From contig NC_043005.1 of assembly GCF_006345805.1 (NCBI RefSeq), forward strand, positions 17,112,001 to 17,176,000: DNA of 64,000 nt, given 5' to 3'. Made by a program: the position numbers and the translations under genes. Below the pieces are notes generated by a model. The model did no database searches. It saw only the letters and a list, made by a program, of their open reading frames with translations, and had not been told where the DNA came from. Origin of the DNA: Octopus sinensis. Its lineage: Eukaryota. Positions 25,780-37,315 of this stretch are shown piece after piece. Each line of letters opens with the position of its first letter. Position 1 is the first letter of the stretch.

Positions 25780-25919
25780 AATTCATATTACACTAAGTAG
25801 ATATAGACATACTGCCGTTAATAGCTTGTGTGTGAGTGTGTGTATATAAATATACACGTATAGTAATTATAATGCTTAATATATATATATATATGTATAT
25901 ATAATAATTCTTTCATTTT

Positions 25920-26245
25920 TTTACTCTTTTACTTGTTTTAGTCATTTGATTGTGGCCATGCTGGAGTATAGTCTTTAGTTGAATAAATTGACCCTAGGAC
26001 TTATTCTTTGTAAGCCTAGTATTTATTCTATCGGTCTCTTTTACCAAACCGCTAAGTTACAGGGTTGTAAAAACACAGACACACGAACATAACACTGTCC
26101 AATGTCCATTATAAATATATGATGGGCTTCTTTCAATTTCTGTCTACTAAATCCACTCACTTGCCCAAGGTGCCACGCAGTGGGACTGAACTCAGAACCA
26201 TGCGGCTGGTAAGCAAGCTTCTTATCATACAACCACTCCTGCACC
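25920..26245 (-). mobile_element. SINE family A (internally deleted)
   Basis: Tail at 25920-26070, head at 26120-26245. Confidence 0.8.
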
Positions 26246-28021
26246 TATAAATAATGAATAGATATTCAACAGAGAGTGTGTGTATATATATATATCAGAA
26301 CACTGTCCTATGTCAATTATAAATATTACAGGTTATTTATATTTGTTGTGCAGCCTCTGAAGATTTCATAACGTAATCTGCTTATAAGGTTTTCTTTTAT
26401 ATAATATATATTATTAATGAAATACCAAGGTGGCAAGCGAATTATTGTCTGTCCTTATGTTCTCAGTGTAAGTGCTGCTTTTCATCCTTCTGGGGGTGAA
26501 TGAAAAAAGTACCAGTTGAGTACTGGGCTCAAAGTAGTTGACTATCCTTTTCCCTACTAAAATTTCAGGCCTAGTGCCTATAATAAAAAGAATTGTTAAT
26601 GAAATATGTGTAAGATGACATAACTAATTTATGAACAAACTCCTGTTTTGTTTTATATATACATATATATTCACACACATACACCCACACAGTGTATATT
26701 CAACTGTCATCTTGCTATTTGGGGGTTTAACCCCACAGGGAAAAGTGGTTCTATATTGTAAATAGACTGCTTATGTTTTAATATGGATGTGATTATCATT
26801 GCGCAAGGGTAAATTGGTTGTATAATGAGAGTAAGATCACCTCATCTTATCATCTGCAATTTTTTTTTTAATTCACTTCTTGTATTTTTGTACATGAAAA
26901 TAATTTTTACAAGTTTTAATGATTTATTTTCTTTACAAAAACTTGAAAAATAATTTGCAACAACAAATAAATAATGACATATTTAATCTGTTTTGCAGTC
27001 ATTCAATAATATACTAATTGCATATGTGTTTCAATCTCACAGGTCTTGTCAGTGCAATTTTGAATTTGACACTTACATTAGAATTATATTTATAATATAG
27101 TTACAAAATCACACACACAAACACAGGATACAGCTTTTTTTTTTTTTTTTTTCAAAGATGTCATTTTGAAGACATGATTATGTTGGATGTTAATTGCTTT
27201 TATCAAAGATTTTTTTTCCGATTTCCCTTTTAGCTCTTTGCTTTCTTTGGAGCAATAATGCTCCCAAGTTCCCTAAAATGTTTAAAGACCTTTGGTTTCA
27301 TTTTCCTGAATGAAACGATGTCAGTGGGATGATTTTGCTGCATTTTGTAATTAGGGATCTAAGGAATTATGACATGACTGATAAAACCGTCATTGTCAAA
27401 TTAAAAAAAAAAAGTTAGTCCTTCCATAGTTTATTTCATGTGTGCTGTATTGATTTTTTTTCTTTGTATTTTGCTATCAATAAAAAGTCCACGATTAATC
27501 GAGATTTTTGAGAAATTCTATATACTGAAGCTAAAAAAAGATTTTGAGACATTATGGGAATAAGGACAATTTTCACTCCAAACTAAACAAATATGCCAAC
27601 ATTTAAGGAAATGTGAAAAATATATTTAATATAAAATTGAAATTTGAGCAAAGTAATGTCATATATACATATATATGGATACAGGCTAATGTAAACAAAC
27701 AACAGAAAGGAAGTACTCCTTATTAGATCTAATATGGCATATAAATTAGCTGAAGCTGAAATTCTGCCAATTATCCTCTGAGTTTCTCATAGCAAGAAAT
27801 TTGGACAAGCAATATTTGAGGTTTTAGCTTCCAATAAATTATCTGTGTGTCTAACTAGCTAATCCTTTTCTCTCTATGAATGTATATGTGTGTGTATATA
27901 CACATTATTAGCTACATATACTTTAATGTAGATGCATGTATTTTCTGGTGGCTGCAATGGCATGGTGGAATATATACACACTCAAGCGCTGGGTATTAAA
28001 ACACCTCAGTCATGGACATGC

Positions 28022-28075
<54 letters not shown>

Positions 28076-28162
28076 AAGGGTGAAAAGGAACACACGAGTT
28101 GATATATATGAAAAAACAAGTCAAAAATAGAAAATGCTAAAATAATTTTATAGTGAACATTT

Positions 28163-28200
28163 CAGTACCGGTTTCGGTCATTTTGAGACCTTTTCAACTG
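28163..28200 (-). ncRNA. Minimal hammerhead motif with U3-A8 covariant core (sense copy)
   Basis: CAG-UUGAAAA-GGUC(UCAAAAU)GACC-GAA-ACCGGU-A/CUG. Confidence 0.6.
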
Positions 28201-29303
28201 TAACGATTAAATAATTAAATTAGAAAAATTAGAAGAAAAGTTTTTTTAAAAGAATATTTCTATAGTAGTGTTCAGATTTAAGTGGCATTCTGCCTTTCTC
28301 TGACTCCCTTGTTTGCACTTGTGTGAGTTCTTGGAAGGGTAGTAGAGGAAGAAGGCTGGTGGGGAAAGGGGGATGGGAGAATCTGGGAGTGCCCTGATGG
28401 TCGTATTTTGAATGGTCAGTGGCGGCTGGCAGTCTCAGTTCAATTCAGGAGAATATTTATATTGACAGGCTTGTTGTAGAATTAGCGTAGGTGTTATACT
28501 AAAAAACATTAGTGACAAAGTTAAGGGGTAGGGGGTGGAGAAGTAGAAGAAGAAGGAGAAGGAGAAGATGACGATGATGGTGGTGGTGATGATTATGACG
28601 ACGATGATGATGATAATGATGATGAAGAAGAAGGAGGAGAAGGAGAAGATGGTGGTGATGATGATGACGACGATGATGATGATAATGATGATGATGAAGA
28701 GGAAGAAGAAGAAGAAAAAAACAGAGAAGGGGGAATATGAATGGGTGTAAGTATAGCTATGAAGGGGCTGATTAGTAATGGATTCTATGGAGTGTAATAT
28801 TTGTGTGTATATATATTTTTTTCTTTTATTCTAAAGTTGAGGTGTGGCTTGTATTTTGTAATAAAGAGATTTTCTTTACTTGAGGTTGTATCGTCCCTAA
28901 ATTGGTAGAGGGGGAAAATTCTGAAGTTTGGTGTTTTTTTGTTGGCGCAAGTATCTATGTGTTGGCTAAAAGTTATTTTTCTGTTTTGGGGAATTTTTAT
29001 CTGGGATCTGTGCAGGGCTAATTCTACAACAAGCCTGTCAATATAAATATTCTCCTGAATTGAACTGAGACTGCCAGCCGCCACTGACCATTCAAAATAC
29101 GACCATCAGGGCACTCCCAGATTCTCCCATCCCCCTTTCCCCACCAGCCTTCTTCCTCTACTACCCTTCCAAGAACTCACACAAGTGCAAACAAGGGAGT
29201 CAGAGAAAGGCAGAATGCCACTTAAATCTGAACACTACTATAGAAATATTCTTTTAAAAAAACTTTTCTTCTAATTTTTCTAAATTTAATTATTTAATCG
29301 TTA

Positions 29304-29341
29304 CAGTTGAAAAGGTCTCAAAATGACCGAAACCGGTACTG
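29304..29341 (+). ncRNA. Identical hammerhead motif in the inverted arm
   Basis: cagttgaaaaggtctcaaaatgaccgaaaccggtactg. Confidence 0.6.
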
Positions 29342-29390
29342 AAATGTTCACTATAAAATTATTTTAGCATTTTCTATTTTTGACTTGTTT

Positions 29391-29430
<40 letters not shown>

Positions 29431-29731
29431 CACCGTGACCAACCAGGCTATCAGATGTTGCTACACATCCCTGGTCACAATGCACTTCGCATTGTTTTAG
29501 CCTTCAAATGACACCACCCTGCTGGTTAAGCAAGCAGGCCAACAGACGAAAGAGAGAGAGAAAGTTGTGGCGAAAGAGTACAGCAGGTATCGCCACCACC
29601 CCCTGCTGGAGCCTCGTGGAGCTTTAGGTGTTTTCGCTCAATAAACATTCACAACGCCCGGTCTGGGAATCGAAACTGTGGTCCTACGACCGCGAGTCCG
29701 CTGCCCTAACCACTGGGCCATTGCGCCTCCA
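29431..29731 (-). mobile_element. SINE family D, full length (tRNA-derived; Arg-like TCG in the anticodon region)
   Basis: Minus strand tggaggcgcaatggcccagtggttagggcagcggactcgcggtcgtagg...ggtttcgattcccagaccgg. Confidence 0.9.
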
Positions 29732-29810
29732 TATATATATATATATATATATATATTGTGTGTGTATATATATATATATATATATACAAACACACACACA
29801 TACATATACA

Positions 29811-30025
29811 TGAGGGGATGCTGCAAAGTTCCCAGCTTTATGGAAGGCAGAAAGCCTGATTTGAGGCCCTACCCTCCGAGTTCTTTTGCAGGGCTTGGTA
29901 AAACTGAAGAACTGTTGCAATAAATATGTAAACCTGAGAGGGGAATATGTTGAATAAAATCATAATCAACTGATCCTCTTGTATTTTCTTTTACCCAAAA
30001 CCAGGAACTTTTCAGCGCCCCCTTG
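29811..30025 (+). mobile_element. mariner-derived MITE
   Basis: TIR tgaggggatgctgcaaagttcc / ggaacttttcagcgcccccttg|TA; internal KLKNCCNKYVNLRGEYVE* transposase end. Confidence 0.75.
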
Positions 30026-30390
30026 TATAATGCCAGCATGGGTTGAATGGTTTGTTTGAGCAGAGCTGGCAAGCAGGAGAGCCGCACCAGGTTCCAGTCT
30101 GATCTGGCTTGGTTTCCATGGTTGGATGCCGTTCCTAATGCCAACCACTTTACAATGTGTGCTGGATGCTTTTTACGTGAACCATCATTGGTGCAGTTTA
30201 TGTGGGACCGGCATGTGTGCTTCTTGAATAGACTGGAATGGGTGGTTTTTATCAAGGCATAAAAGAACAGAGATTCATACATTTTTAGCCTTACACGCAT
30301 TTCAGATATATTGGTACTGCATAATTCTGCAGTTTATTAATTGGTTCATATTTAATCAACCATATGTAAGTGTGTGTATATATATATATA

Positions 30391-30810
30391 TCACTTTGAT
30401 CACTTTGACCGACCAGTCCGTCAGGCGTCCATTTGACACCGCTGGTCACAGCACGCTGTCCACTCCTCTCTGGATCGCGCCTTTCTCATCCACGTGAACC
30501 CAATCGTCCTCTTGAAATCGTCACTCCACCGTCGTGGAGGTCTTCCGGGTGGTCTTTTCCGCTCACGCGGGTACCACTCGACAACTGCGTGCGTCCACCG
30601 ATTATCGGTAAGCCGGGCGACGTGTCCAGCCCATCTATACTTGCTGCGAGTATACTCTGCGATGACATCTCTCACGCCGGACTTCTTTCTGATGATGTTG
30701 CTATTTATGTGCTCTCTCAACGAGATACCATGCATTGACCTTTCCATGGCTCTTTGAGCCGTTATCAGTCTTTGCTCTTCTTTCTTTGTGGTAGCCCATG
30801 TTTCACTACC
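30391..30810 (-). mobile_element. Young RTE LINE 3' end
   Basis: Uninterrupted GSETWATTKKEEQRLITAQRAMERSM...RWAGHVARLTDNRWTHAVVEWYPRERKRPPGRPPRRWSDD...DA*, with a tandem (tcaaagtga) tail. Confidence 0.9.
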
Positions 30811-31075
30811 ATATATATATATATATATATTATCTGTGTGTCTATCTAGCTAATCCTTTTCTCTCTATGTATGTTACGTTCCCAAAGTAGAAACAGTAGT
30901 GCACTGTATATATATTTTTTAATTTGTATATATTTATTTTATTATAAATGCAAAACAACACCACGGAGGAATCAATGTAAGCTTAAATAACAAACTGCTA
31001 CATGGTGAACCGCGATATGGTGAGGGATTACTCTGTGTGTGTGTGTATATATATATATATATTATATATATATAT

Positions 31076-31120
31076 GTATACACTGTTGTCTCTGGGGAGA
31101 GTCATTCTCTTTTAGTGCCT

Positions 31121-31200
<80 letters not shown>

Positions 31201-31248
31201 GTATACACTGTTGTCTCTGGGGAGAGTCATTCTCTTTTAGTGCCTTAT
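31076..31248 (+). repeat. Tandem duplication of a 48 bp unit separated by (TA)n
   Basis: gtatacactgttgtctctggggagagtcattctcttttagtgccttatt at 31076 and 31201. Confidence 0.9.
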
Positions 31249-31292
31249 TATATATATATATATATATTATATATATATATATATTATATATA

Positions 31293-31338
<46 letters not shown>

Positions 31339-31592
31339 ATTGAGAAGATTGAAAAGATTCATTTTTATACTTATTCCATTTAAATGGAATAAGTATAAAA
31401 GTATATAAGTATAAAATGGAATAAGTATAAAAATGAATCTTTTCAATTTAACTCAAATTCTATATTTTTCTACGCAGCTGAAGATTGCTCTACATTTTAA
31501 AACTGATGTAATACTTGCATTGTTCAAATTAAATGGAGTTGCATGAAACGATCGTACTGCATTACCTTTGGATATCCTTGTTGCTTATTTTG

Positions 31593-31623
<31 letters not shown>

Positions 31624-31873
31624 AAGAGGTTAAATTAGCCCCCATTGAGGGATGGTATCATCCAATGAATTACCGGTTCAATACCTGGTATTTGTTGTGA
31701 ATAATAATATTGATAAAACAATAGGTTTTTTAAATCATAGTCATTCAAAAGAAAGTAAGAAAACGGAGATAATAAATTTTTTATTAAATGCTATATCTCC
31801 ATTTTCTTACTTTCTTTTGAATGACTATAAACAATGATATGTATATGTCTATGTGTATATATATATATATGTA

Positions 31874-32363
31874 CCGTAAATCCTTGAGTATAATATGCAG
31901 GGGATTTTTAGGGGGTTGTACCCATGGAAAACCTAAACCTTGCGTACGATACGCACCCCTTCTCTAACTTGAGTCAAGGAGGTCTATATAACGTCCTTGG
32001 TTTCTAAAAATGTATACGGTAACGTCCTTTATTATTGTATATATAACACAATGCAAACGTGTAGCGTTTTTGTGCATTTTGTTTGCAGAAAATAAAGAAG
32101 TAACAGTAATAACGTTTAATAAATATTGCTTATTGCAGGTTATGGATGATTATTTTATGACTTCATTGCTTTCAGGCTTAGCTTAAGGTATTTTCGCTCC
32201 CAACATCACAAAATGCATCTGAATAAACATTGCCAGACAGCAAATAGAGACTCGGACATTGCTTAGAAAATAATTTTCATTTTTAACCTCGTATATGGTA
32301 CGCACTAGAGATTTTGACTTTTAAATTTTGGGGGGAAAAAATGCAGATTATACTCAGATTTAC

Positions 32364-32365
<2 letters not shown>
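31874..32365. mobile_element. Tc1/mariner-pogo-type MITE
   Basis: TA|ccgtaaatccttgagtataa ... ttatactcagatttacgg|TA. Confidence 0.75.
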
Positions 32366-32405
<40 letters not shown>

Positions 32406-32440
32406 AATGAAGAAATATATAAAATTGAAACAAGGCTTAC

Positions 32441-32692
32441 CAACAGAAAATTTCTCTTCAAACGCACTCGTTTTTGGTGAGAAGTTAAGATTCAAGGTAA
32501 AATCCCCAGTGGTATAAAGCATGGGGGTGACACAGCTTGCTATGAGAATGTCTTTGACCATACATGGGAATGTAATATTGAGTTCCTTAAATACTGCAGT
32601 GAATGATTCAACTTGTGGAAAGCAAAGTCCATAAAGAGTTAAGGGCTGGCCACCGAGCATATGTCCGAATCTTGGGGTTACTGATAATTTCT
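32441..32692 (-). CDS. Internal exon encoding an IPT/TIG-like domain of the same gene
   Basis: Acceptor ttatttacttttcag, donor GTTG|gtaagc. 252 nt, phase 1 to 1, encoding KLSVTPRFGHMLGGQPLTLYGLCFPQVESF...ASCVTPMLYTTGDFTLNLNFSPKTSAFEEKFSV. The PxxGxMLGG...GxCF...CVTP pattern is typical of the IPT domain after NIDO in Mesh/SUSD2-like proteins. Joins the 61744 exon in frame (CMD-E-KLSVTP). Confidence 0.85.
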
Positions 32693-32771
32693 CTGAAAAG
32701 TAAATAAATAATCAATAGACATGCGTGGAGAGAGAAAGAGAGATACATAGACAGAAAGAAAGGTTGGATGG

Positions 32772-32803
<32 letters not shown>

Positions 32804-32805
32804 TA

Positions 32806-33186
32806 TACTCTTTTACTTGTTTCAGTCATTTGACTGCAGCCATGCTGGAGCACTGCCTTTAGTCGAGCAAATCAACCCCGGGACTTATTCTTTGTAAGCC
32901 CAGTACTTATTCTATCAGTCTCTTTTGCCGAACCGCTAAGTAACGGGGACGTAAACACACCAGCATCGGTTGTCAAGCAATGCTAGGGGAACAAACACAC
33001 AAACACATATACATATATATATATATACGACAGGCTTCTTTCAGTTTCTGTCTACCAAATCCACTCACAAGGCATTGGTCGGCCCGTGGCTATAGTAGAA
33101 GACACTTGCCCAAGGTGCCACGCAGTGGGACTGAACTTGGAACCATGTGGTTCGTTAGCAAGCTACTTACCACACAGCCACTCCTA
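32806..33186 (-). mobile_element. SINE family A, about 115 bp upstream of the IPT exon acceptor
   Basis: Full head and tail. Confidence 0.9.
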
Positions 33187-33647
33187 ATTTGATGAAATTT
33201 TGAATATGAAGATTCAAATCAGCGCTGCCTTACTGGCACATGAAAAACATTTGAGTGAGGTCATTGCCAGTGTCGCTGGACTGGCTCCTGTGCAGATGGC
33301 ATGTAAAAAACACCACTTGAGCGTGGCCGTTGCCAGTACCGCTGGACTGTCCCTCGTGCTGGTGGCACGTAAAAGCACCCATTACACTCTCAGAGTGGTT
33401 GGCATTAGGAAGGGCATCCAGCTGTAGAAACTCTGCGAGATCAGATTGGAGCCTGGGGCAGCCATCTGGTTCGCCAGTCCTCAGTTAAATCATCCAACCC
33501 ATGGAAAGAGGACATTAAACGATGATGATGATGATGAACTATATATTCTACATGTTTTGAAGAATGATACATTAAGGAGCCTTTTTTTTATGAGTATTAT
33601 CAGATTACTTGAATCCATATAATGTGACACACACACACATATATATG

Positions 33648-33935
33648 TGGAGGCGCAATGGCCTACTGGTTAGGGCAGCGGACTCGCGGTCGTAGGATCG
33701 CGGTTTTGATTCCCAGACCGGGCGTTGTGAGTGTTTATTGAGCGAAAACACCTAAAAGCTCCACAATGCTCCGGCAGGGGGTGGTGATCCTTGCTGTACT
33801 CTTTCACCACTCTTTCTCTCACTCTTCTGTTGGCCTGCTCGCTTAGCCAGCGGGGTGGCGTCATTCGAAGGCTAAAACAATGCGCATTGTGACCAGCGAT
33901 GTGTAAAACATCTGATGGTCTGGTCGGTCATGTGA
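33648..33935 (+). mobile_element. SINE family D, full length
   Basis: Homologous to 29431-29731 in the opposite orientation. Confidence 0.9.
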
Positions 33936-35673
33936 TATATATATATCCTTTTATCAGTTGTTGACTGAAGCTCAACAGTTTTGGGAACTTGAACAAAAAT
34001 ACAGAGACGAAGCATGGAGTAATGAGTTTATAGAATCACAGGACAAGAAAGAACAAGAACATATATAAAAATATAAAAACACACAAAAAAAAAATTATAT
34101 ACAATAATTAAGAACATTCAACCCAATTTTAAAAAAAAATGTTGTATGAAACAGAAATAGCTGTCTTTTTGAGATCTGTTTATCCAACATTTCCCTTTCT
34201 AAGATGGCAGATGTGATGAGAGGGAGATTTGGCTGTTATTTTTAGCAGGTTAAGTGATTACATAGAGGGCTTCTAAGTACTCTGTAGTTGTGTCTACGGT
34301 TGACAAACTAAAGTGAACAAGCAAAAACTGGATGTGTTTTTTTTTTTTTTTTTTGGTGGTGGCGGTGGCGGTGGTGGTGGGGGTGGGGGGAAACAACGAA
34401 CCGTTTCAAAAGCAAAACTGTTACATGTGGTGCATAATAATTAGCGCTAAATATAGATTTGCAATTCAAATACCGATAGCAGCTCTAACACTAAATTAAA
34501 GAGTACAATTATTTTTAAAAAACTCAACTGAAAACAGTGAAATCTAAATGTTAAGTTTGAGATACAACCTACCCCCCACCTGCCACCCCCAGCAGTAGTT
34601 TTAACACAAAACCTGTTTTTTTTTTTTTTTTTTGTCAGCATCTTGTCTCACATTGCATTCATGCACATAATGTGATCGAGGTCAGGATTTAAACTAATTA
34701 AACTACTTGCGACTACTCCCACACCTTCAGCATATGTAAACCTTTAACCCTATTACCCATGACCCCAGTCCTCTGACATTCTTCTATAACCCTTGCTGAC
34801 CTGAAATTTCTTTAATCTCCCTGCCTCTCACCATTTCTTCCTTCAGACTCACTCTAAACCTCGTATTAAAATTTGGATTTAAATACTTAAATATTTGAAC
34901 GGCATTTTAATCCAGTGGCGTCCCAGTTCACATTCTGTAAATGATTATAAAACTTTTTTTACCTTTTACATTCAGCTATGATAATAAAAGTGTCTCAGCC
35001 AATAAACTTTCACATGCTGCACGTTAAATGTCATAGTGCCCCAGGTGGCGTGCAAGCCACAGTTTGATCACCTCTGGTTATCCAGTAAGATATATATATA
35101 TATATATATATATATCACCATCATCATCGTTTAACATCTGCTTTCCACGCTGGCATGGGTTGGATGGTTTGACTGAAAACTGGTAACCAAGGGTGGGGGT
35201 TGCATGAGGTTCCAATCTGATTTGGTAAGGTTTCTACGGCTTGATGCCCTTCCTAACACCAGCCACTCAGAGTGTAATGGGTGCTTTTTACATGCCATTG
35301 ACCTGACACCAGCATCAGCCATGACTACGGTCTCACTTGGCTTGACAGGTCAACACAAAGCACGGTATATCGCCAAGGGCCTTGGTCACCTGTTACTGCT
35401 TCCATGAGGCCCAATGCTTGAATGGTGCTTTTTACATGCCACCGGCATGGGTGCCAGTCAAACGGCAATGGCATCAGCCACAACTAGGATTCCACTCAGT
35501 TCAACACACAAACACACATTTAAGTATATAATTATATACTTAAAAATTTTACCGATATGGTCATTTTTTATATGCTAGCCACTGATAATCATTTTAATAT
35601 TATATCCTCAATTTATATATATACATATATATATATGTATGTATATGTGTGTATATATATATATATACATATA

Positions 35674-35705
<32 letters not shown>

Positions 35706-35834
35706 ACGGGAAGGTTTACGAAAATAAACAAAAGACGAAGGCAGGTTTACGAAAATAAACAAAAGACGAAGGCAGGTGGAATACAAACAAACAATTGTAT
35801 TAGTATGGCGCTCAGGAATAGAAATAAAACAAGT

Positions 35835-35870
35835 CTTTTACATTTCGAGCCTACGCTCTTCGACAGAAAG
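35835..35870 (-). ncRNA. Hammerhead-like motif with A6U core in a Penelope-like remnant (about 35705-35920)
   Basis: CUUU-CUGUCGA-A-GAGC(GUAG)GCUC-GAAAUGU-A/AAAG. Confidence 0.45.
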
Positions 35871-35919
35871 ATACACAGAAAAGAAACAAGGAGAGAAACA
35901 AGGAGAGAAAAAAATTGCG

Positions 35920-36405
35920 TGTAGGGGCTAATGATCCAACATGGAGCAAAACGTCCCCCGTCCAATGGACGGTGCTGAGTTGTCAAACATTTAAACCAAA
36001 TTTTCTCAAAACAACTTGTCCGACTGTCCTCTAGCCCCCCCCCTCCTTGAGAAACAAACACTGATTTAACCAAAATTTGAGGCACAAGCAAAAGAAGAAA
36101 TAAAAATAGACATCTTTTTATTCCAAAGGAAAACGATTTTATTCACACAAATATACAACTGAAGAGTTTAAAGTACCAGTAAGTACATCGCAACAGCCGA
36201 TGTACTTGCACATACAAATGCATGTTCCCATGGTTTTATTGATCGCATACTCAACTGGAATCGATTTTTGTAATTTTTTCAAGACTTATACACGCCCTGA
36301 TACTGTCGGTATCTACATATCAAATTTGAGCACAATCGGATGGAGGATGCCCAAGATCCTAGAAGACATACACACAGACAGACAGAATGAATTTTATATA
36401 ATAGA
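35920..36405 (-). mobile_element. Helitron-like non-autonomous element (5' end A|TC visible, 3' end unclear)
   Basis: aaatttgagcacaatcgg...acagacagacagaatgaattttatataatagat, the same end style as the other Helitron-like copies. Confidence 0.5.
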
Positions 36406-36423
36406 TATATATTATATAGGAGT

Positions 36424-36800
36424 AGGAGTGGCTGTGTGGTAAGTAGCTTGTTTACCAACCACATGATTCCGAGTTCAGTCCCACTGCGTGGCACCTTATG
36501 CTTCTACTATAGCTTTGGGCCGACCAAAGCCTTGTGAGTGGATTTGGTAGACGGAAACTGAAAGAAGCCTGTCGTATATATATGTATGTGTGTGTCTATG
36601 TTTGTGTGTCTGTGTTTGTTCCCCCAACATCGCTTGACAACCGATGCTGGTGTCTTTAGATCCCCGTAACTTAGCGGTTCGGCAAAAGAGACTGATAGAA
36701 TAAGTACTAGGCTTACAAGGAATAAGTTCTGGGGTCAATTTGCTCGACTAAAGGCGGTGCTCCAGCATGCCACAGTCAAATGAGTGAAACAAGTAAAAGG
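36424..36800 (+). mobile_element. SINE family A
   Basis: Full head and tail. Confidence 0.9.
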
Positions 36801-36910
36801 TAGAAGATAAAGTATATATCTTATATCAATTGTACAGATACAAGTCAGGTTTGATCAAGCAAACCTAAGATGGTGGGGTAAAATCTGACAGAAAAAAAAA
36901 ATATATATAT

Positions 36911-37315
36911 TACTCTTTTACTTGTTTCAGTCAGTTGACAGTGGCCATGCTGGGGCACCGCCTTTAGTCGAGCAAATCGACCCCAGGACTTATTCTTTGT
37001 AAGCCTAGTACTTATTCTATTGGTCTCTTTTGCTGAACTGCTAAGTTACGGTGATGTAAACACACCAGCATCGGTTGTCAAGCAATGTTGGGGGGACAAA
37101 CACAGAGACAGACACACACACACACATATATAAATATATATATATATATATATACACGACAGGCTTCTTTCAGTTTCCGTCTACCAAATCTACTCACAAG
37201 GCTTTGGTTGGCCCAAGGCTATAGTAGAAAACACTTGCCCAAGGTGCCACGCAGTGGGACTGAACCTGGAACCATGTAGTTCGTAAGCAAGCTACTTAAC
37301 ACACAGCCACTCCAA
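36911..37315 (-). mobile_element. SINE family A, inverted partner of 36424-36800
   Basis: Full head and tail. Confidence 0.9.

Larger units (their letters stand above)
28075..29402 (-). mobile_element. 5'-truncated Penelope-like retroelement with an inverted copy of its own 3' end
   Basis: GIY-YIG C-terminus LHRSQIK...FSQHIDTC...FRIFPLYQ...KENLFITKYKPHLN (29016-28836). About 385 bp inverted arms at 28102-28486 and 29017-29401. Confidence 0.85.

Noticed and set aside
29021-29084. N-terminal part (MAAGSLSS...) of the 28785-29084 ORF
   Set aside because: It is read from the inverted arm; real GIY-YIG similarity starts only at the junction near 29016.
29660-29731. tRNA-like sequences here and at 33648, 40746 and 48770
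   Set aside because: They are SINE heads continuing into SINE bodies, without a complete cloverleaf or terminator.
34887-34934. 48 nt phase 1-1 cassette candidate (CELGRHWIKMPFKYL)
   Set aside because: Frame-compatible, but the donor is weak (gtattt) and the NIDO-IPT linker is already complete without it. Needs junction reads.
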